From positions 1 to 43,003 of IMG/VR virus record IMGVR_UViG_3300036833_000180: a DNA stretch of 43,003 nucleotides; one strand, 5' to 3'. Source of the DNA: a virus (taxonomy: Duplodnaviria > Caudoviricetes). Shown here piece by piece: positions 27,636 through 36,702 of this stretch (position 1 is the first letter of the stretch; each line of letters begins with the position of its first letter). The notes below the pieces were generated by a model, which searched no databases, was not told the DNA's origin, and saw only the letters and a program-made list of their open reading frames with translations. The position numbers were made by a program, and so were the translations under genes.

Positions 27636-27795
27636 CTGGTCCCGTTCGTCCGCCCGGACGTGGCGAACGATGGCCGCCGCCTTTCATGCGGTAGCCCTTT
27701 CGCCAACCGCGCCAGTCGCTGGGCATCGCATCGCCGTGCCAGGGCATGCGACAGACCGGGCCGCGTGAGCCCGGTGCCTTGTCTTGACGAGCCAT
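27616..27795 (-). CDS. Arg-rich microprotein 5 (59 aa)
   Basis: [59 protein letters not shown]; GAGG RBS. Confidence 0.65.
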   Translation of the reverse strand: MARQDKAPGSRGPVCRMPWHGDAMPSDWRGWRKGYRMKGGGHRSPRPGGRTGPVRGARR

Positions 27796-27802
27796 CACAG
27801 CC

Positions 27803-27943
27803 TCACATGCGCCCGCGACGGCCGCCGCGGCCCTGACGATGACCGCGGTGCCGACGAACGCGCGTCGATGGACGCTGCAGCCGACCCAGCTTGCCGGCCG
27901 GATCGACCCGACTGCGTGGCCCAAGGTTGACGCCTCGTGCCAT
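27803..27943 (-). CDS. Arg-rich microprotein 4 (46 aa)
   Basis: MARGVNLGPRSRVDPAGKLGRLQRPSTRVRRHRGHRQGRGGRRGRM; AAGGAG RBS; ATG abuts the upstream TAG. Confidence 0.7.
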   Translation of the reverse strand: MARGVNLGPRSRVDPAGKLGRLQRPSTRVRRHRGHRQGRGGRRGRM

Positions 27944-28105
27944 CTAGAGTCTCCTTGTTCGACGAAGCACAGCGCGTTTGGCAAAAGAGCCGGGTCGCCA
28001 TCGCCAACTCGGTGTGCGGAAAGAGCCTTGGCGCTTGGCCGCGCCCTGCACTTGCCGCCGCATCATGTCGGAAAAATTGCTACCGGCTCCTCGGCTAACG
28101 GCCAT
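27944..28105 (-). CDS. Arg-rich microprotein 3 (53 aa)
   Basis: MAVSRGAGSNFSDMMRRQVQGAAKRQGSFRTPSWRWRPGSFAKRAVLRRTRRL; overlaps the upstream ORF end. Confidence 0.6.
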   Translation of the reverse strand: MAVSRGAGSNFSDMMRRQVQGAAKRQGSFRTPSWRWRPGSFAKRAVLRRTRRL

Positions 28106-28175
28106 GGCGTCTTTGTTTGCGGGCTCTGATACGGCGAGCGCGGCGCGTCATCTTGAGACGTTTGCCGCGGGCCAT
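28095..28175 (-). CDS. Protamine-like microprotein 2 (26 aa)
   Basis: MARGKRLKMTRRARRIRARKQRRHGR; 14 of 26 residues are R or K. Confidence 0.65.
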   Translation of the reverse strand: MARGKRLKMTRRARRIRARKQRRHGR

Positions 28176-28181
28176 CGGACT

Positions 28182-28247
28182 TTACCGACGACCCTTGCGG
28201 CGACCACGACGGCCACGGCGGTTCATTACGATCTCATGTTCACCCAT
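28182..28247 (-). CDS. Protamine-like microprotein 1 (21 aa)
   Basis: MGEHEIVMNRRGRRGRRKGRR; strong GAGGAG RBS. Confidence 0.65.
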   Translation of the reverse strand: MGEHEIVMNRRGRRGRRKGRR

Positions 28248-28278
28248 CTGCTCTTCTCCTCTTGCGAGTGTGTGCGGG

Positions 28279-29895
28279 TTAAGCGCCGAACAGTGTCCTA
28301 TCTTCAGAGCCGATGTGCAAGCGCTCGATAACGAAGTCCGGAGAATAGCTTTGCAGATCGATAGCCCCGGCGATGCCGCCGCCGGACGTTTGCTGCGGCT
28401 CAAAAGCGTAATGTTGTCCGGCGGTTAGCTCAAAGCCGACATCCTGGACGCCACCCGGCACACCGCCGGCATGATTGATCAATTGGCCGGTGAACGACAC
28501 CCCGCCACCGTGATTGTCGTAAAATTCAAGAAACAGCCGCTTCCAGTTTTTGATCGTCAGCTGTTTCTGTCCACTACCGCGTAAGAATTTGGTCGAGAGT
28601 TTTTTGATCAATGCCGGATCGGGCTGAGCAAACAACTGATAAAGCGAAGTGCCGTCGGTGCCGTAGGGCGTGATGATGCTGTCCTGCTCATAAGCGCCAA
28701 TGTTTGTTAGATTGAGATTTTGCGAAGCCACTGACCAAAACGGCTGCTGACCGGGATGATACATCAACAACAAATTGCGGCTGACGCCCCACGGGTCGGT
28801 GAATTTGCCGTTGCACAGCAAAACCTTGAAACCAAACATCGTCGCCGGACACATGGTCGGCAAAAATGTCGAGGTATCGAGAGTGTTGAAAATGTTGGTG
28901 ACGCGATTGCCGATCTCGCCGGCCTCGCCGCCGCGGCATTCGAAAATGCCGGCGCCGTTGAACATCTGAAAATAGCGGCCGATGCGGCCGACCGGCCGCG
29001 GAAAGCGCTGGCCGACCTGCGGATCGATATTTTCGTAATTGAAGTTGGTGGTGAACGGATTTTGCGGCGTGCCCTGGCCGGACAGCTGCACATTGGCGAT
29101 CAGATCGATGGAGCTGTCGCCGAAGCAATACAGATAGCCGGCACTAGCGGCCAGATCGTTGAACGTGTAGGTGAGCTTGTTTCCGAAATATCCGAAGGAG
29201 CCGCCGCCATCGGTTGTCGAGAAGTCCGCACCGTTCGAGGGCGCAGAAAAGCTGATAACGTCTTTGCCGGCGACCCACAGACGGCTTTGATAAACCTCCA
29301 TGCAGTAGATGCCCGGCAGGCCGGTCGGCATGGTGTAGGTCACCGGCGGGCTTGGCGTCTCCAGCGCTTCGGTCAGCCAGTCCGGTGCGGGATCGCCCGG
29401 CTTGGAGAGTAGCGTACCGTCCCATGCGAACAATCCTTCGGGGCTGCCAAACAGGACGCCGCCTTGCTGCCCGGCAGCGTTACCGAAAAATTGAGGCCGC
29501 CACACCACTGCGCTGGCCCAATACTGCGGACCAATGGGGTTCCAAACATTGGTGCCGACGGTGGTGACGGCGAGGGTGTTAAGGTCGACTTGGTCGACCT
29601 GGCCGTTATTGAGGAACATCCAGCCGAGCCGACCGGGAGGTGGGACATTGAATTGACCTGTCTCGTTGCCGATGAAGCCAAAGAAAATTCTTAGAATGAT
29701 GGTGCCGGATGGCGCAGTATAAATAGCAGGCCCATGACCCCAACAAGAGCGTAGATTGCCAGGGCCGATAGCAAAAAGGTTTTCGTTCCACCACTCCTCA
29801 TTGTCATCGATCGAGCCGCGACGGCCTTGCTGATTAAGACCCTTCCACTGATCGAGTGTCTGCAACTCGAATGGGTTGGACGATTGAATGGGCAA
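28279..29895 (-). CDS. Tail / DNA-stabilisation (nozzle-like, beta-rich) protein
   Basis: 538 aa; WKGLN N-terminus and YQSRLWVAG..ISFSAP; follows the adaptor gene as in podoviruses. Confidence 0.65.
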   Translation of the reverse strand: MPIQSSNPFELQTLDQWKGLNQQGRRGSIDDNEEWWNENLFAIGPGNLRSCWGHGPAIYTAPSGTIILRIFFGFIGNETGQFNVPPPGRLGWMFLNNGQVDQVDLNTLAVTTVGTNVWNPIGPQYWASAVVWRPQFFGNAAGQQGGVLFGSPEGLFAWDGTLLSKPGDPAPDWLTEALETPSPPVTYTMPTGLPGIYCMEVYQSRLWVAGKDVISFSAPSNGADFSTTDGGGSFGYFGNKLTYTFNDLAASAGYLYCFGDSSIDLIANVQLSGQGTPQNPFTTNFNYENIDPQVGQRFPRPVGRIGRYFQMFNGAGIFECRGGEAGEIGNRVTNIFNTLDTSTFLPTMCPATMFGFKVLLCNGKFTDPWGVSRNLLLMYHPGQQPFWSVASQNLNLTNIGAYEQDSIITPYGTDGTSLYQLFAQPDPALIKKLSTKFLRGSGQKQLTIKNWKRLFLEFYDNHGGGVSFTGQLINHAGGVPGGVQDVGFELTAGQHYAFEPQQTSGGGIAGAIDLQSYSPDFVIERLHIGSEDRTLFGA

Positions 29896-29898
29896 GGT

Positions 29899-30633
29899 TT
29901 AGGCGCTCCTAATAGCCGCGCCATAAACATTTTGGATCATAGTTGGACAAACCACTGATGCGCAAAACGGAAGTTCACTGTTGAAAACTTGCGCTAAGGC
30001 AGTCGCGTCTTCGCGCCTTTGTTGTTGCATTAGCGAAAGTACCCCTGCCCAATACGACACCGCGTCCGTCCAAGGATACGGTATCGGCTCTGGATCATCA
30101 TCAGTGAGGAGTGGCGACGGAATGCAAGTCAGGTCGACTTCCATTGGCATTTGTGCTGTAGGGATCGGCGCCAGATAGACTGATCCGATTGGCCCTTCAC
30201 CGAATTGCGACCACCAGCCTGGTTCGGAAAGAATGCCCATGAAGGTGCGGCCATAAATTCTGAAGCGACCTTGAAAATCTGTCCACACGATGCGGCGCCA
30301 AGTCGGTTTCCAAGCGCCGCCCGAGATGATCCAGTCACCATTATCCTGCTGTTTCCATGTACCGCCGATGGCGACAGAGAGGGAACGACAAGCAAGAATG
30401 GATTGCACGCCAGGCAGTGTTTGTTGCACCAGCGCATTCCAGGCAGAAAAGCGATAAATCTCTTGGTTAGGAATTGTTTGCACGCCCGGCGGGACAACAC
30501 GCAGACACCCGCTAGCGGCGGCTATTCTTCGACGGCTGCGGTTGATGTAAGTGTGAAGGGTCGCTTCATTAAAGAACTGACCTTGAGCGTCATTTAAAAG
30601 ATTTCGTGTATCGCTAACATATTGTGTTAACAC
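29899..30633 (-). CDS. Head-tail adaptor protein
   Basis: L..Y..DTRNLLND....F.E..L..YIN..RRRIA and YLAPIP...DDDPE.IPYPWTDAV.Y motifs. Confidence 0.7.
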   Translation of the reverse strand: MLTQYVSDTRNLLNDAQGQFFNEATLHTYINRSRRRIAAASGCLRVVPPGVQTIPNQEIYRFSAWNALVQQTLPGVQSILACRSLSVAIGGTWKQQDNGDWIISGGAWKPTWRRIVWTDFQGRFRIYGRTFMGILSEPGWWSQFGEGPIGSVYLAPIPTAQMPMEVDLTCIPSPLLTDDDPEPIPYPWTDAVSYWAGVLSLMQQQRREDATALAQVFNSELPFCASVVCPTMIQNVYGAAIRSA

Positions 30634-30716
30634 GGTAATTGTCCTATTCTAGTCGGCACCGCGGGCGATAACCGTCGCCCGCGACGCCTGACCAAGGACC
30701 TATCGGAGGTAGATCG

Positions 30717-31220
30717 ATGGCTAAGCAGACAATACTCACTGCCGCGCGTTTGCGCGAGATCGTCAACTACAATCCCGAAACTGGCGAGTTCACTAGTCAA
30801 CCGACAAGAATTGGCTGGGAATGCGGCAAGGCGCAACGAAGGAATTACAGATATCGCGTCGTTCGTGTCGAGGGAAAAAATCATCTTGAACACCGACTAG
30901 TGTGGTTCTGGGTGACCGGGCAATGGCCACCCATTAGTAGTGTAGTGGATCACATAAATGGCGACGCAACCGACAATCGATGGGTCAATCTTAGGCTGGC
31001 GAGCCCTTCACAGAACCAACGAAATCGCACTCGCATAAACAAGAATAATTCCAGCGGATTGACTGGCGTTTACAAGAAAAGAAAAGGCGACAAACGCTGG
31101 TTTTCTATGCTCGGCAAACAACACCTCGGAACATTTGCGACTAAAGATGAAGCCCACGAGGCTTATCGGCGCGCCGCTTTGGCCGCATACGGTGATTTTG
31201 CTCCTGATCGACTTGCATAA
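30717..31220 (+). CDS. HNH homing endonuclease with an AP2-like C-terminus, antisense to the late operon
   Basis: YNPETGEF, HRLVWFWVTGQWP, VDHINGDATDNRWVNLR, NNSSGLTGV and HLGTFATKDEAHEAY. Confidence 0.9.
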   Translation: MAKQTILTAARLREIVNYNPETGEFTSQPTRIGWECGKAQRRNYRYRVVRVEGKNHLEHRLVWFWVTGQWPPISSVVDHINGDATDNRWVNLRLASPSQNQRNRTRINKNNSSGLTGVYKKRKGDKRWFSMLGKQHLGTFATKDEAHEAYRRAALAAYGDFAPDRLA

Positions 31221-32175
31221 GAACGCCGGCTCCGAAACGTAGGTCGCTAGCATGGGGTGTCAGGTTTGATGCGCCGTTGAGTGTAATCTGCGCGGTGGTC
31301 GGCGTCGATGGCGGTGTCACCACGGTCCAGATCCCACCCGCCCGTGATGGATTGGTCGAAATATTGGAGAATACAATAGGCACGCCGGCCGGCGGATTGT
31401 TCGGGAAGCCGGCATAGGCGGTCGTGGTCGTGAATTGCGGGAAATAGTCATTGGCGGCCGGTAGGATCGCGCTTGCCGAGGTGATGGTCAGCGCCACACC
31501 GGCAAGCGTGGTAGCCACGTTCGTCGTATAGACGCCAGCTCCCCCAGCCGTGCCGGACTGTTGGCTGACAATTTCCGTGTCGGCGGGGACACCCGTTCCA
31601 GTGATGGTGGCGCCGAGAACGATTGCATGCGTGACGCTGGCGAGCGTCAGGCTGGTGGTGCCGGTTGATGTTCCGGTGGCGGTCGCTGGCGGCGGCAGAT
31701 ATTGCGGCTGCACCACGCCCGCCACAGAGGGAGGCACTGCGGCGGGCGCTATGGCCGGGCCGACCAATGGGCCAACAGGGACGTGGCCGATCGGTGGCGG
31801 CGTCGGTGGCGGGAAAGTCGGCGCTGCGCCACCTCCTGCACCAACAGCCGGCGGTGGTAGGATTGGCGTGAAGGCGGGAAAACCTGCGCTGGTCCCGCCC
31901 TGAAATTTGAAACCATTGAACATCGTATTGTTGCCGCCGGGCGTGGCGACTGTCACGTCGACCGTGGCGAAACCGATATTGGCCGGCGTAGAGCAGGTGA
32001 TTTGAGTGTCGCTGACTTCAACGAAATTGGTCGCGGCGATGCCGCCGAAAGTGACGCTGGTCGCGCCGGTGAAGCCGACACCGCCGATGGTCACCGCGGT
32101 GGCAGTCTCCGGTGGACCGGAATTCGGCGTGATGCTGTTGATATTCGGCGCTGCTTGTAGCTCTGGATCGCCCAT
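31141..32175 (-). CDS. IPT/TIG-domain virion decoration protein
   Basis: PNINSITPNSGP...VTIGGVGFTGATSVTFGG..A..F..VSDTQITC.TP; start reassigned to ATG 32175 (GGAG RBS, TGATG overlap). Confidence 0.75.
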   Translation of the reverse strand: MGDPELQAAPNINSITPNSGPPETATAVTIGGVGFTGATSVTFGGIAATNFVEVSDTQITCSTPANIGFATVDVTVATPGGNNTMFNGFKFQGGTSAGFPAFTPILPPPAVGAGGGAAPTFPPPTPPPIGHVPVGPLVGPAIAPAAVPPSVAGVVQPQYLPPPATATGTSTGTTSLTLASVTHAIVLGATITGTGVPADTEIVSQQSGTAGGAGVYTTNVATTLAGVALTITSASAILPAANDYFPQFTTTTAYAGFPNNPPAGVPIVFSNISTNPSRAGGIWTVVTPPSTPTTAQITLNGASNLTPHASDLRFGAGVLMQVDQEQNHRMRPKRRADKPRGLHL

Positions 32176-32522
32176 CAGCGTCTCCGCTGGCTCAGCCTGG
32201 CTTGCTGTTGCTGCCACCAGGGCGGCGTTGGCGGGCACGGCAGTGGCGCCGGCGGCGGTCCCATCAACAAACCAGTGCCAGCGGCGCGAGTGTCGGTCTC
32301 ATACGGCCAAGGAATGCGCGGCTGGGGAAAGCCGGCGGCAAAGAAACCGGCCGGGCGCGGAATTTGCCACCACTGCGGATCATTCCAGTGCGAGCCCGGA
32401 ATGACATAGCGCGGGCGCTTGGCGGGCAGCGCCGGCGGCAGCGGCCCGCACGCCGGGTTAGGCGGTACGACGCCGGTGACGACGCTAGAGGGCGGTCTCA
32501 GGGAGGCGGGGCGGGTCCAAAT
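32175..32522 (-). CDS. Hidden Pro/Trp-rich ORF (115 aa) with a probable ATT start, or a -1 frameshift extension of the capsid
   Basis: The open frame fills the whole capsid-to-IPT gap; GGAGGT-N5-ATT at the 5' end; its TGA overlaps the next ATG. Confidence 0.6.
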   Translation of the reverse strand: MWTRPASLRPPSSVVTGVVPPNPACGPLPPALPAKRPRYVIPGSHWNDPQWWQIPRPAGFFAAGFPQPRIPWPYETDTRAAGTGLLMGPPPAPLPCPPTPPWWQQQQARLSQRRR

Positions 32523-33562
32523 GTTGCACCTCCAGTGATGCCGTTAACGATCAGGCCAGTTGAGGGTTTGGAGCAAACAAGATTGAGTGCAGTCAGTGAC
32601 AAGCCGACGCTGGCAATCTGGCCCTGCGGGATCGTCGAGTACCAGCCAGTCCACGCGAAATTGGCGTCCTCATGGATAACGAGCGTTATGTACTTGGAAT
32701 TAAAGCCAAATGCGGTTCCTTTGGGGCAATTAAGGTCAAAAAAGATCGGAGTGTCGCCCAAAAGAAGGCCACGGAACCCGCTATTGACCGGGTCGTCCTT
32801 GCCCCAGCGACTGGCGGGGTCGTTGTTGTAACGCTCGACCGTCATGAAGTCGGTCATCAAGGTGGTCCAGTCCTCGATCGCCATGACGACGAAATCGAGC
32901 GCCTCACCACCGGAATGCTTGGCGGAATTGAGCAGCAGCGGAATAAAGGCGGCGCGAGTCAGTACCGTACCCGCAGCACCAGCCACCAGGCCGGCCCAAG
33001 TCGGATAAGTCGCGCGGCTGAGCCCGCCATAAACGTCAACGGCCGCAATCGCCGGCAGCGTCAGAGCCGTGGCCCCATCACTGTAGGCGTCGGCAAGACC
33101 AAACATCTGCAGCGCGACGTTGCCGGCATTGGAGCCGAACAGCGCCAGCGCCAGCGAATGCAGTGCTGAGTTTTTCAGGTCGTTGAGCTTCAACATCAAG
33201 CGGCTGGCGACCGCAATCGCGTCCTGGGTCACTAGCTGTTCGAGGCCCAGCGAAGAGACCGGAGTTGCGAGCGCGCATAAATTAAATTCCGCGTTAACGG
33301 TCGCGGCCACGTCGGTCGGCAAGTTGAACTGGCCAGCCGGTCCGATCCACGAGGAGGTGACATACTGGCCAGTCTGCACAGGCTGCGTGTATGGGGACAC
33401 ACCGCCCGATGCGCGAATGGCATTTCTGAGCAGCAACGCTAACAGCGGATTTTGCCGGTAGATTAAAATGACCACCATCTGAGCAAAAACGCGCCTGACG
33501 GTCGCTTCGAGTTCGAGCCCAATCGGGCCGCTCGGAATTAGGCCACTGCCCAGGATCGGCAT
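32498..33562 (-). CDS. Major capsid protein
   Basis: 354 aa after the portal and scaffold genes; YGGLSRATYPTW, GFRGL..GDTPIFFD..CP.GT.FG.NSKY.L patterns; GAGG RBS at ATG 33562. Confidence 0.8.
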   Translation of the reverse strand: MPILGSGLIPSGPIGLELEATVRRVFAQMVVILIYRQNPLLALLLRNAIRASGGVSPYTQPVQTGQYVTSSWIGPAGQFNLPTDVAATVNAEFNLCALATPVSSLGLEQLVTQDAIAVASRLMLKLNDLKNSALHSLALALFGSNAGNVALQMFGLADAYSDGATALTLPAIAAVDVYGGLSRATYPTWAGLVAGAAGTVLTRAAFIPLLLNSAKHSGGEALDFVVMAIEDWTTLMTDFMTVERYNNDPASRWGKDDPVNSGFRGLLLGDTPIFFDLNCPKGTAFGFNSKYITLVIHEDANFAWTGWYSTIPQGQIASVGLSLTALNLVCSKPSTGLIVNGITGGATFGPAPPP

Positions 33563-33564
33563 GA

Positions 33565-34110
33565 CTAAAACCTCTGTTGCTTGCGACGCTCTTCGTCGTT
33601 GTAAAGCGACTTTAAGATTTCGTCTCGCGCCCACCCTTCAGGGTCTTTAGCAATCTCGGCAAAGCCGGGAGCCTTATCGTGGTTCCAACGGCCATCATTG
33701 TGGGTCACGTCGCTGGGCCTGGGTTCTTTGCTGGCCTTGTAGCCAGCCGCGACTTCGTAGTCGCCGACATTGTGGTCGACCATGAACTGCTCTAGCTCTT
33801 CCATGGCCTTGTCGGTGAAGCCGTACTTGCTTTGCGTATCCTTGCGGACGTTCTGAAAACGTTCCTGCTCTTGAGACTTACGCTGCTCGGTCTCGCGATC
33901 TTCGCGCTCCTTGCGTTCGGCCGCAAAGCGCTCGTCGACTTTGGTTTCAAGATCGTAGTCGGGAATGGCGAGGTTGGGGTATTTCTTTTTGATCAGCGCC
34001 TTGGCTTCTTTGGTCAAGGTCGGATCTTGATAGATGCTTTCAACAAAATCGGCAATCTGGCGGCGGCCTTGGAGGAATTGATATTCCTCATCTGGAATTG
34101 TGCGCGGCAT
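33565..34110 (-). CDS. Putative scaffolding protein
   Basis: Highly charged helical protein directly upstream of the capsid gene. Confidence 0.6.
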   Translation of the reverse strand: MPRTIPDEEYQFLQGRRQIADFVESIYQDPTLTKEAKALIKKKYPNLAIPDYDLETKVDERFAAERKEREDRETEQRKSQEQERFQNVRKDTQSKYGFTDKAMEELEQFMVDHNVGDYEVAAGYKASKEPRPSDVTHNDGRWNHDKAPGFAEIAKDPEGWARDEILKSLYNDEERRKQQRF

Positions 34111-34115
34111 GGTGG

Positions 34116-34307
34116 TCAGTTGTTGTTAGATTTGCCAATGATGTTCGGCTGCAAAGGCACCCCGCCCTCGGGCTTCGGCACCACCTTGGGGATCGCGCCC
34201 CACTCGCTAATTTCGCTCTGAGTATCGACTTGGAGGACGGTTCGCGGCGGCGTCTCCGGCGGTGTCGTGATCGGCGGGTCGTAGCTCCGGTTCTGTGCCA
34301 TCATCAT
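34116..34307 (-). CDS. Small hypothetical head-module protein
   Basis: GAGGAGG RBS; ends 5 nt before the scaffold gene start. Confidence 0.6.
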   Translation of the reverse strand: MMMAQNRSYDPPITTPPETPPRTVLQVDTQSEISEWGAIPKVVPKPEGGVPLQPNIIGKSNNN

Positions 34308-34455
34308 CCTCCTCTACTAAAATCGTGTAGTCAGGTCCGAAATGAAAAGCCGCCAGCGTGGCGCAGAACTTGGCAGCGTCGAGCGTTGGGAACGGGATCG
34401 GGCATTCCGCTACCTCTCCGCTCTCACGATATGCGACGATATAGTAACAGCCCAT
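34207..34455 (-). CDS. Hypothetical protein
   Basis: Fills the gap after 34459 but overlaps the next gene by about 100 nt. Confidence 0.4.
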   Translation of the reverse strand: MGCYYIVAYRESGEVAECPIPFPTLDAAKFCATLAAFHFGPDYTILVEEDDDGTEPELRPADHDTAGDAAANRPPSRYSERN

Positions 34456-34458
34456 GTA

Positions 34459-34947
34459 TCATGATCCTGGCAATGGCGTCGAGGGCATCGGCGGCTGTGC
34501 ACCACCACCGCCCGCACCAGCACCCGGACCAGGGGCCGCGCCACCGCCTTGCTGTGATTGCTGGCCCATGATGTTTTGCAAAATGAAGTTCTTGGCGAGG
34601 CTGCCCAGCATGTCCATCAGTTGGGTACGCTGCAAGCCGGCGGACGGCGCGCCCTGCGAGACGTGCTTGCTTAAGCGCTGCGTGGCTTTGAGCACGTCCT
34701 GTTGAATGGGAGTACCGGGCTGCAATCCGGGCAGCGCCTTCGACAGCAAGCCGATCGCGTGCTGCACCAGCGATATTGACGAAGCATTATCGCCCGGACC
34801 GGGCGCACTGACTTGCGGACCGCGCTGCCGGTTGGCCAGTGAAGCGAGGATCGGACCACCGCCTTGCGGCGGACCCGGCGGCCGAGCGGCGGCCGGCGGC
34901 GGGCCTTCGTTCTGATCGGGAGCTGCGGCGCTGTCGAGGAATGACAT
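34459..34947 (-). CDS. Pro/Gly/Gln-rich head-module protein
   Basis: GAGGT RBS; lies between portal and scaffold. Confidence 0.7.
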   Translation of the reverse strand: MSFLDSAAAPDQNEGPPPAAARPPGPPQGGGPILASLANRQRGPQVSAPGPGDNASSISLVQHAIGLLSKALPGLQPGTPIQQDVLKATQRLSKHVSQGAPSAGLQRTQLMDMLGSLAKNFILQNIMGQQSQQGGGAAPGPGAGAGGGGAQPPMPSTPLPGS

Positions 34948-34977
34948 TGCGTTACCTCGTGACGCAAAGCTACAACA

Positions 34978-36702
34978 TCATTGCTGCTTTCGTCTACCGC
35001 CGGCACTGCCGGCCTTGCGTCCGCCCGACGGGAAGCCGAGCACGCCCTTGATCAGTTCCTCCTTCTTTTCCTCCTGGGCGGCTTGGGCCGCTTTTTTCTG
35101 GCGCTGGCGCAGCCGGGCAAGCAACAATTCGGCCCCCGGCGGATGCAGCATGTGGATCAGGTCCTCGGCGTCGACCGCACCGGCGCGGGCCAGAGCAATG
35201 GCCACTTGACGGTTATCCTCCGCGAAAGCCGGCGACGCGCTATGGCTGTCCACCTGAATTTGAAAATCATCGGGCATGTTCTTGAGCAGGAATTCGATCT
35301 GGTTGTCGGCGGTCTGGTAAATGCGACCGTCCATCGCCTGCATGATGCGGAAGCACAGATAGCCGCTCTCGTTCAGTTGCCGTTCGATGCGAGCGGCCTG
35401 ATCGATCAAGCGCGGCGTTGATGTACGGACCAGAGTTTGGGCATGGACCCCCGCCCGCACCCCTGGTTCACCCTGGCCCGACATCACCGGCGAGAAGCCG
35501 GACGCCTCATCAAACAGCTGAAACAAAAATTGCAGCTCTTCGAGATAGTTTTGCGGCGGTGGGTCGACCAGTTTCTTAGCGGAGGCGTTCGGGTTGGGAT
35601 CATTGATGAAGCCGCCTTCGGACAGGATCTTAAAATACTGTTCTTCGGTAATCGACGTAAAGCCCGAGAACACTTGTGGCGCCGCGACGTTGCGGTCCCA
35701 CATGACTTTGAGATCACGCAATCGTTTGTTCAAAATGTCCTGCAGCATCTGCACGTCAGCGATTAGTGAACGGCCCCAGAAGTAGCCGGGGGTCACTTGA
35801 CCTTGAACCTTGACGAACGGCTGCCGGCCGGGAATGCGCGACAGATTGCGTCGAGTTTTGTCACCCTCGATGATGATCGGCTCATGGCCGTAAATCATCT
35901 GGATGGTGGTGTAGTCGCCGCCACGATCGCGATCCTGGACCCAGAGTTCGCAATGCTTGACGGTCGGCGCCAGCTTGCGGTTCGGCCGCCACGGCGTCGG
36001 TACCGGGAAAACATTAACGATACCGGCAGCCTCACTCCGTGGTGCCCCACCAGGGTAATCGCCGAGTGGGTTAAGTCCGCCGACCACCATCTGGTGAAAA
36101 TAGGTTGGCCGCTCACTGTCCTGCTCGCCGGGTTTGGTTTCGGAAATTCTTTCCAGGATGGCGTTCTTGCGCGGGTGGCCCTCAAGCACCTGACGCAGGC
36201 GTGACACCGTTGGGTAGCTGACGTGACAAAAGGCTTCCTGCTCGTCCAGGCTCAAGGTGGTTTCCGACAGCACGCCAAAATTGACCGGGTGCACCATGCC
36301 GAGCTGAAAACCATCGTCGGTCGGATTGTGCTTGAGCAAGGTGCAGCCATTGATCAGCGCCCAGACTACAGCCTCGGCAAAAGTGATATCGCTGTCGGTG
36401 TTGCGGTAGTCGGCGGTGAGCTTGTCGGACACCAGCTGCGCGCGCTCGACCACGCTGTCGGGCTCGGTGTCGTCATAGATCATGGCGAAGCGCACGTCGG
36501 TCGGCTGCATCAGAAAGCCGGCCAATTTGTCAATGAACGGCTTGGTTTTGTTGTAGATCGAGGCCCGCGCGTCGTAGGTGCCCTGATAATAATATTGCGC
36601 GGCGCGGGTCAGGACCATGCCGCGCTCTTCCGATGACGCCGTGCATTCGTCGACCAACTCTTTGCACCAGAGTTCGAAGTCCTGGTCGGGAATGCGCAGC
36701 AT
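34978..36702 (-). CDS. Portal protein
   Basis: 574 aa from ATG 36702 (TGATG overlap); YNKT..FID.L, GYFWGRS.I.D...LQD.LN and F.EASG...V.SG motifs; follows the terminase. Confidence 0.8.
   Translation of the reverse strand: MLRIPDQDFELWCKELVDECTASSEERGMVLTRAAQYYYQGTYDARASIYNKTKPFIDKLAGFLMQPTDVRFAMIYDDTEPDSVVERAQLVSDKLTADYRNTDSDITFAEAVVWALINGCTLLKHNPTDDGFQLGMVHPVNFGVLSETTLSLDEQEAFCHVSYPTVSRLRQVLEGHPRKNAILERISETKPGEQDSERPTYFHQMVVGGLNPLGDYPGGAPRSEAAGIVNVFPVPTPWRPNRKLAPTVKHCELWVQDRDRGGDYTTIQMIYGHEPIIIEGDKTRRNLSRIPGRQPFVKVQGQVTPGYFWGRSLIADVQMLQDILNKRLRDLKVMWDRNVAAPQVFSGFTSITEEQYFKILSEGGFINDPNPNASAKKLVDPPPQNYLEELQFLFQLFDEASGFSPVMSGQGEPGVRAGVHAQTLVRTSTPRLIDQAARIERQLNESGYLCFRIMQAMDGRIYQTADNQIEFLLKNMPDDFQIQVDSHSASPAFAEDNRQVAIALARAGAVDAEDLIHMLHPPGAELLLARLRQRQKKAAQAAQEEKKEELIKGVLGFPSGGRKAGSAGGRRKQQ

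Noticed and set aside
30634-31250. Group I intron around the antisense HNH genes
   Set aside because: I could not identify P7/core motifs, and the flanking genes look complete without splicing; an Infernal search would be needed to exclude it fully.
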